Source: Neovahlkampfia damariscottae (Eukaryota). Taken from it: DNA of 42,257 bases. Made by a program: the position numbers and the translations under genes. Positions 35,069 to 42,257 of this stretch are shown here, one piece after another. The stretch is from assembly GCA_016618085.1 (NCBI GenBank), contig JABLTG010000167.1, forward strand, positions 1 through 42,257, given 5' to 3'. The notes below the pieces were generated by a model. That model saw only the letters and a program-made list of their open reading frames with translations. It had not been told where the DNA came from and did not search any database. Every line of letters starts with the position of its first letter. The stretch's first letter is position 1.

Positions 35069-37017
35069 TTATTCTTCATGATTATCAACCATAATGAATC
35101 CAGTTGATTCTGATACTAAATAATTTATACTACGAAAATGTTCGTATTCTTCAGTTAATTGAAATCTAGAATAAGTATCTGATAAATTCTCTTTGATTGA
35201 ATGTAAAATATCAGAAAAGAATTCTTTATCAATGAAATATGATTCATCGTTTAAATGTTTCATTATATCCTTTGTTTGATTTCCAGCAACATTAACTTCA
35301 AGTTCAGAATTTGCTCCATTTAAAAATTTTGAAAATAATAAATTTGCTTTTTCTCTTCTTTGTTCATTTTCCAATTCTTCAAAGATTTTAATTTGTTCAT
35401 ATAAAAAAATATTCTCCAATGAAAATTCTTTTTCAGCAAATGACTTGAACATTTTTAATTTTGTTGGATTTTTAAAAATTGAATCAATTGTATCATCTAA
35501 AATCAAATTTTGAAATTCATTTGATTTTTTATTTGTTTTCAATAATTTCTTAATTTTTTTATAATAAGTAACCAACAATAAAAAACCAGAAAAATAAAAA
35601 ATGATAAAATATAAAATGAGCGATTTTACAATAACTCTTAAAGTAAAATACCTATTACTTAAACAACATGCATCTACTTTCCAAAAATCAGGAGAAATAA
35701 ATATTTCATAAACAATGAATAGTATAGCAATTGGAATTAAAATTAATTGTTGAATTCTATATAAGAATGGATCACTATCAATCCAAAATTTCTTTGGATT
35801 ACAAAAAAATATTTTCGAGTTCAAAATATAATCAATAATAATTAAAAGAGATAATGAACAATAAAAAACTATTTCAGTTATAATAGAAATAGTATTAATA
35901 ATTTCAGCTGATGCCCTAGTAGCTCCTAAAATAGTAATATCAGATGAAGTAAAAAAATAAATTGGAAATAAAATTAAAACAAAAATGATATAAAATAAAA
36001 TACTTTGAACAAAAATACTTAAATCTGTAGTCAGAAATTTAAAAAATTTCAATAATTTAATTGAAAATGAATTTCTTGTTGAATTTAAATAATTATAATT
36101 ATTTTTAATTCCCAAGATGATTAACATTTTTAAATAATTCGTTAAAACTAAAAATCGAATCAAAAGAGCAAGTGGAAAACATAATAAAGTAAATTGTAAT
36201 AATTCATAATGATATCCTTGTTGTACTGTTGCATAATAAGATAATGAATATCCAAAATTTGCAATGAATTGTAAAATTAAACCCCAAATTAATATAAATC
36301 CACGTGATTTAAAAGGTTGCCAATTTCTTGCTATAATACTTAATATAATCAAAATAAAAAATGAAATTTGTGATACAACAAAATAAGGTAATGAAATAAT
36401 ATTTAAATTATTATCACAAACATATGGTTGACAATTTACACCTAATTTTAAATATTTCTTTTTTTTTTACTGTGACTTCCATGGACTACTGTTGTTTCAT
36501 CAGGAGGTGGTATCATCCAAGTTGATGAAGTGATATTAAACCATGGTTTTTGTGATCGATTACATTCAAAAATCAATGTACTGTTTAGTAAATTTTTAAA
36601 ATAACGATGATCTTTTTTGTAATAAAATTGACGTAATTTCCAATTTCCTCTTGTAAAACTATCTTGTTCAAAAGGTTTTACTGTCATATCAGTGGCGTTC
36701 ATGATGTATTGATCAAAAAATATGTATTTTGCGTAGGTATCATTGAGATTTGAAGATCTACTGTATGTAATGGAGCTGTAGCCTTCTTTTCCACAAAAAG
36801 ATGCTTCAAATCCAAAATGAGTTGTATTTCCAAATCCTGTTATTTGAGCTGCTGAGTTTGAAATGTCCAATGGATAAAACTTTAAAAAGTTGTTTTTTGA
36901 AACGTAACATCTTTCTTGATCATATTTGTGGCTAGGTCTCAGTAGAATGTCACATTTGATATTTACAATTAGGAATACAAAACAAAACAGAAAAAAATTG
37001 AATCCTTTCAAAATCAT
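35069..37017 (-). CDS. Signal peptide + ectodomain + multi-pass (7TM-like) + RGS domain protein
   Basis: Intron 36442-36470 joins ORFs 36448-37017 and 35069-36352. RNWQPFKSRG after TM1; RGS FKSFAEKEFSLENIFLY..SELEVNV..NLSDTYSRF. Confidence 0.82.
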
Positions 37018-37580
37018 GGGTTTTGGTACAATGAGTTATGATAATCTTGTTTTGAATGGTCGGAACCAATCAAATCGTTGGGTGTTTGTATTGGAACAAA
37101 ATTAACAACAATCCCATGCTCGATGTAAATTTTAAACTCAGGAGGAGAATACATAAAAAATTTCATGTCAGAGACTACAAAACATTTATATTTGAAAAAT
37201 AGCATTCGAAGAAAGATCCAACCAATTTATCTTCATACTATGATAAATCAACTGATTATTTGTATTTATCATAGTATGAAGATAGAGTTTTATAATCGTC
37301 TGATTGTGGTCATTATGCAATCAAGAATTTTGTATCTTCCCAAGAAAAAGAAAATTGGAAGATTCACCTTTGCCACCAAAAAAACAACTCAGGAAAGAAC
37401 TGCAAAACTATCATGTGAAAATAAAATTAAAAATACTTTCCACCAAAGAAGAAATTGAAAATGGATTTAAAATTAGATACTCTGTCATTCAAGAATGAAT
37501 TGTTCAATAAAAGTTCCTCAATTACCAATCACAATTGGAGATATTTTTCCCATAGCCAATCTATAAATAAATTAAATTTT

Positions 37581-40110
37581 TTATGATGGAATAACTTGTC
37601 CCATTAAATATTTTTCAAAAGCAGCTTTTCCAATTGGAACAAATTTTCCTTTTTGTAACACTTTTTCTCCTTGAAAGACAATACCAGAATTTCCAATCAC
37701 AACATTAGAAACAAAATCAGGTTTTGAGATGTATGGCTTCACTTTTTTTTTAAATTCTTCAATATCATTGCAAGAATCTAATCCTTGAATAATGTTGGAA
37801 ACTTTCTTTCCATGAATTTGACCATAATAGGCCAATTTTTCTTCTGTTGTATCAATTACATCACCAATTGCGAAAATATTTGAATAAGTATCTGATTCAT
37901 CTTTGGTAAAAGAAATTACAGTGTTCAATCTTTTTTTAGGTGCTGGTTTTTGTAATTTTTCTTCAACATTATTCAAATCTTCTTCAGAATCTTTTTTTAT
38001 AAAAGCATTTAAAATGTCTTGATCATTTCCACTTTCTTCAGAATCTTCTTCTTCATTTTGAATTTCTTCTTCTTCATTTACAATTAACTGTTCAATCATT
38101 TTTTGTCTGATTTTTTCAATGAAACTTCTTGTCTCTGCGATCAATTGTCGATTCGTAAAAATATTTTGATTTAATCGACATTGAAAATATTCATTAACAG
38201 AAACAAATCCATTTGAAGATAAAGAATCTGACATAAATGTCCTAAATAGGCCTGTATTTGGCCGAAAACCAACAGCAATTATTACAGCTTCTGTTTCAAT
38301 ATATGTTTCTTCAACATCTTCTTTCAAAGTTTTGTATTTAAAATACACCTTATTTTCTTCAATTTTTGTCACATATCGATTGAAAAAGCATTTTGAATTT
38401 TTATAATTTCTCATAATTTTTGTAGCTGCTTTTTGAATTGGTTTTGATCTTCTTTCTAAAAATCCATTTCCACTTGTGATGATATTAATAGTAGCATTTG
38501 GATAAGTTACACACAATTCACCAGCACATTCTAAGGCAACAGCTCCTCCTCCAACAACTAAAATTAATTGAATTTAAAATGTAAGACTTTTGTCTTACCA
38601 ACAATATTTTTTGAAGTTCTTAAATCATGATAAGCTTTTAAAATAGATTCACTTGAGTATGGTATGATGATTGACGCTTGTTTTTTTTTTTCAACATTAT
38701 TTTGGAGCTCATCAGTTTTGAAGTTGAAAGGAGTTGGTTCAACTTTGACTTCAAAAGGAACAACATAATTACTTCCTGTAGCCACAATCTTTTAAAAAAT
38801 GAATTTAAATAATTAAGTATTTTTTACCAAATAGTCAAAGAGAAATACCCTTTTATCTTTCAAGTAAACTCCTGAAGGAGAAATAGCAGCAACTTCACCT
38901 TGAATATATTCACATTTTTGAAGTGGTTTTGAAAAAGGTATTTCATATTTATTTATTAAAGCTGGATTCGCAATCACTTTATAAAATGCCCTAAAAAAAA
39001 TTAACATTTGAATGTTAACCATTACATGATGTATTCTAAATTAGCTTTACCATCAATTACAGTAACATCAAAGTCATCTCTTAATCCTTTGGCAGCGAAC
39101 ATTCCACTAAAACCACCTCCAATAATCTTGTTTTTTAATTTATTCAAAAACTTACAATAATTTTCTTTTTAAATCCAAATGAATATATTCCTTTTGGATC
39201 AAACTTTGATTTTTTTGAATCTTTTGGAATTAAAAATTTTTTTAAAATGAAATAGTTCAATAGATTTTTTACTGGTAGTTCTTCATTTGTGAATCTATAA
39301 TTTTGAATCCATTTGACAGCATCAGCTCCTAAAATTTCTCTTTTACTTGTGTTTTTTTGAAATAAACTTTTGGAACGATATAAAGAACAGCCTGTAATTG
39401 GTCTGGATAATTCAATGATTAATTCGTCAATATATTCAACAGAAAAAAAGTCTTTGGTGAGTGGTTGAATTTCATTTTGCTCATGTTTGAACCTTAGTGG
39501 TAGTTTTGTTGTGTCTAGTTTCAAATTTGTTTTTGAATTTTTTAATTCTGTATCTAAACCTTCTTTGAACTGTTTATAAGCATCAAATGTTTGAAAATTT
39601 TCTTTCACTTGTTCTTGTGTTAATAAATAAGTTTCTTTGAATTTTTTTTCACCTAAAGTTTCAAATTCATGTTTCATGAGGTCATTGAACATATCAGTCT
39701 CAACAAATCTTGGAAACACATCAAAAGTTAAATCATGATGAACTATGGATTGTGCTGCATTAAATAAGTTCGGTAAGAAAGGTGTTTTTCCAATTCTGGC
39801 TGCTTCATAGGCCTCAAGAACTTTTACCCGCGTTTTTTGTTGAATGTTAATTTCAGCAGGAGAATTTGGAAGAATATAAGTTTCTACAATTTTCTTTGCT
39901 TTATGCATTCTGTTTATAGTTGACCTCAGTAGTGTATAGTCATCTACTTGTTCCAAAAATTCGTACCTATGAAAAAAGTTAACAAAGTTGTCTTTACATT
40001 TCTAACACGAAAGATTTCTCCATGTAATCTTTGAACACTTTTTTTGATTCTTCATTGTCAAAGATGGCTTCGAATGAATATAGATCTTCAGGAAAATCGA
40101 GCTTTGGCAT
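37581..40110 (-). CDS. RGS-DEP-FAD/NAD(P)H oxidoreductase (AIFM2/FSP1-like) fusion protein
   Basis: ATG 40110. RGS (FKDYMEKSFVLE..SPAEINI..DVFPRF), DEP (GADAVKWI..FDPKGIYSF), IIIIGGGFSG, FDYLIVATGS, VVVGGGAVALECAGE, IFAIGDV. Introns 39967-39997, 39127-39155, 38991-39025, 38789-38827, 38558-38598. Confidence 0.82.
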
Positions 40111-40268
40111 TCAAGTTTGATCCTTTTGAATTCTTGTTTGGTAAGATGAGATCGTCCAATAAAACTAGTCAAACTTCTCAAAAATCCCGAATAAGTTTTC
40201 TGTCCGTTTCTCATGAAAATAATCAGAAATCCATTTTTCCGTGTCTCTAAAAATAGAAAGTTTCTTCA

Positions 40269-40925
40269 TTGGTTTGTATCGTTTTACCTTGTTTGAGAGA
40301 AATATACCGTAACACGTCAATCATTGATGAAGACGAAATATTTTTCAAAACAACTTTACCTTTTAAACAAATATTAACTAAGCCAACATTAACGAAATAC
40401 TTTTATGAGTTTTCAAAAAAAGAAAGAAATGTCAAAGCTTTGGACTTTTATTTACAACTTTTGAGATATCAGAATTTAAAAACAAAAGAAGAAAGATCTG
40501 AAGAAAAAATAATAAATGACAAATATCTTGATGTAAATAGTAAATACGCCATCAATATTTCGGTTGAAAATATATTGAGCGTAAAACAACGTTCAGAAGA
40601 AGCTCCTATTGATTTATATGATACACTACAGAAAGAAATGGAAGTTTTAATGATGGACTCTTATCGAAGATTCTTTAAAACTCCAGCTTATGAAGAAATG
40701 TTGACAAACCACCAAATTGATAAAAAAATAAAAATCTTTGATGAAGCAGAAGAAGATAATCATACATATCAATTGACTTCACCAGGAATAGGTTTTTATT
40801 TTTTTAATTTTAATTTTTCAATTTTAGCTTTGAGAGCAGTTGGCAAAAAAAATGATTTTGGAATGCAAAGTTTTAGGTCTTTAAAAGAAATTGAAAAAAC
40901 ATCAGCAGTACTATTTCAACGTTGA
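40269..40925 (+). pseudogene. 5'-truncated RGS-domain gene (probably the tail of a TM-RGS)
   Basis: RGS motifs YFYEFSKKERNVKALDFY..YAINIS..MMDSYRRF preceded by a remnant hydrophobic helix. No in-frame ATG before the domain. Probable intron 40792-40827. Confidence 0.58.
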
Positions 40926-41181
40926 CATCATGCAAGTTTTTAAGAACATCATCTGTTGCACTTCTGATTGTGGCAAATCTTTTATATTCACATATTGCTT
41001 CATAATTGGATTTAAAGCAACCCAAATATCTTTGATTTTTTACTTCCATTCTGCTACATCATTTCTACTCCTTTTCTTGTCCACTGTTTTTGTTGGAAGA
41101 GAATCTAATTCATAGGTTGTTTATCAGCAGCTTTTCCAATTTTGTAGATTTATAAATCCAACTACTATAGTACTATGTGGT

Positions 41182-41460
41182 ATGGGTGATATTTCAAAAT
41201 ATAATTATAAACCTGGTTTTTTAACAATGGAGAGTGAATCAAGAATGAATTTAGTATTTGATATTTTAAGAAATCAAACAGATCAAGATGGAAATAAATT
41301 TGATATTATTAGAATACCATTCCCTGAATGTGAACCAATATTAATGGATAAAGATGATGTTACTCATGATACTTTATCTCAATTATATGATTCATTTCCC
41401 TGATAAAGTGTTTGGTTTACCTGCAAGTTCTTATGGTCATTTATCATTTGTAATGATTGT
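41182..41460 (+). pseudogene. Decayed C-terminal fragment of an agmatine deiminase / PPAD-family gene
   Basis: RMNLVFDILRNQTDQDGNKFDIIRIPFP, +1 frameshift near 41400, LPASSYGH, then -1 shift to IICND. The family motif is SY(C/A/V)NF.I.N. Confidence 0.6.
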
Positions 41461-42078
41461 ACAACTTGTGATCAACCATTGGAAGGATTACAAAAATTAC
41501 CTGGAATATTATTTAAAGAAGAATAAAGATAAAAATTATTGATTTTCAATTTCATTCTTATCAGAAATTATGATTTTGTAATTTAAACTCAAACCATCTG
41601 TTATTTTTTAACTATTTGAGTGGATTCACTCAAATTTCGCTTTGGCTTCCAAAATAACGACACAAAAATGAATTTCATCAGAAAATTTAACGAATCCATT
41701 TCAGATCAAGCTGAAGAAGATGCAGTTCAACGAAGTGAAATTTTAATATTTATAACATCAAATAGTCCTAAACCCAAACATCAAATACAACAAATTGCAA
41801 ATAAAATTCTTGGATTCTTTTTATATCATAATTATGTTCTGGTGAAATTCTTCAGAAGTGACCAAGATACTTATCAGAAAAGAAAATTGTCACAAAACAA
41901 ATCCTTACCACAATTTCAAAAAAAACTGAACAAACACCACTTTTGGGAAATAATACCTCCAAATTAGGATAACAACTAAAAACTTCAAAAATATTCTTCT
42001 TGCACAATTGGGTATGGGTTTAGGGTTTCGTTTTATGGATTTATGGATTTTGAATTTGGGTTTGAATTTAAATTTAAA

Positions 42079-42257
42079 TTTAGGGTTTTGGGTTTTGGGT
42101 TTTGGGTTTTGGGTTTTGGGTTTTGGGTTTTGGGTTTGGGTTTGGGTTTGGGTTTGGGGTTTGGGTTTGGGTTTGGGGTTTGGGTTTGGGTTTGGGTTTG
42201 GGTTTGGGTTTGGGTTTGGGTTTGGGTTTGGGTTTGGGTTTGGGTTTGGGTTTGGGT
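42079..42257 (+). repeat. Telomere: TTTAGGG, (TTTTGGG)7, then (TTTGGG)n with occasional TTTGGGG
   Basis: G-rich strand runs 5'->3' to the window end; degenerate copies from about 42009. Confidence 0.96.

Noticed and set aside
37014..37498. ORFs 37014-37205, 37165-37458 and 37304-37498 as genes
   Set aside because: They overlap, have no recognisable motifs and no coherent splice model. Treated as unresolved subtelomeric sequence.
39036..39050. 15-nt GT..AG segment (gtaaagctaatttag) as an ultra-short intron
   Set aside because: It is in frame, and its residues are needed for alignment to the family segment (VIDGKANLEYIMAF).
1493..40110. Alternative genetic code or stop readthrough to explain fragmented ORFs
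   Set aside because: All breaks in conserved genes resolve as GT-AG introns. TAA, TAG (17329) and TGA (11604, 13421, 34613) each end intact genes.
41620..41967. 115-aa subtelomeric ORF
   Set aside because: GTG start, no recognisable family, and it lies among decayed fragments.

Overview
This is a very AT-rich, extremely gene-dense eukaryotic chromosome end that finishes in a telomere: TTTAGGG, then (TTTTGGG)7, then (TTTGGG)n. I reconstructed about 22 intact genes by hand. They include SF3A3, RNMT, ARPC2, CHD1, a MAPK-like kinase, an SLC35 transporter, a GAF-GAF pseudo-cyclase, TRAP1, NOL10, COPE, THOC7, BORCS8, a TerD-C2 protein, a Zn2Cys6-PAS factor, CENP-C, an NB-ARC/TPR-CaaX protein, a 7TM-RGS and an RGS-DEP-AIFM2-like fusion, plus decayed fragments at both ends. 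Gene content and telomere motif suggest a heterolobosean (Naegleria-like) protist; this is inference. The genes carry about 68 tiny GT-AG introns of 26-45 nt, roughly a third with AAG acceptors. The standout signal is back-to-back tiny introns separated by nano-exons. Two single-nucleotide exons are required to keep conserved domains in frame (T12179 in the MAPK, A27371 in the PAS domain). There is also a zero-length exon (AG|GT at 16694/16695) and 4-, 6- and 11-nt exons. Intergenic space is minimal: convergent stop codons lie 2-31 nt apart, and the tightest divergent ATGs lie 52-59 nt apart around CCAAT boxes. All gene models and counts are manual and were not checked against RNA-seq or databases.
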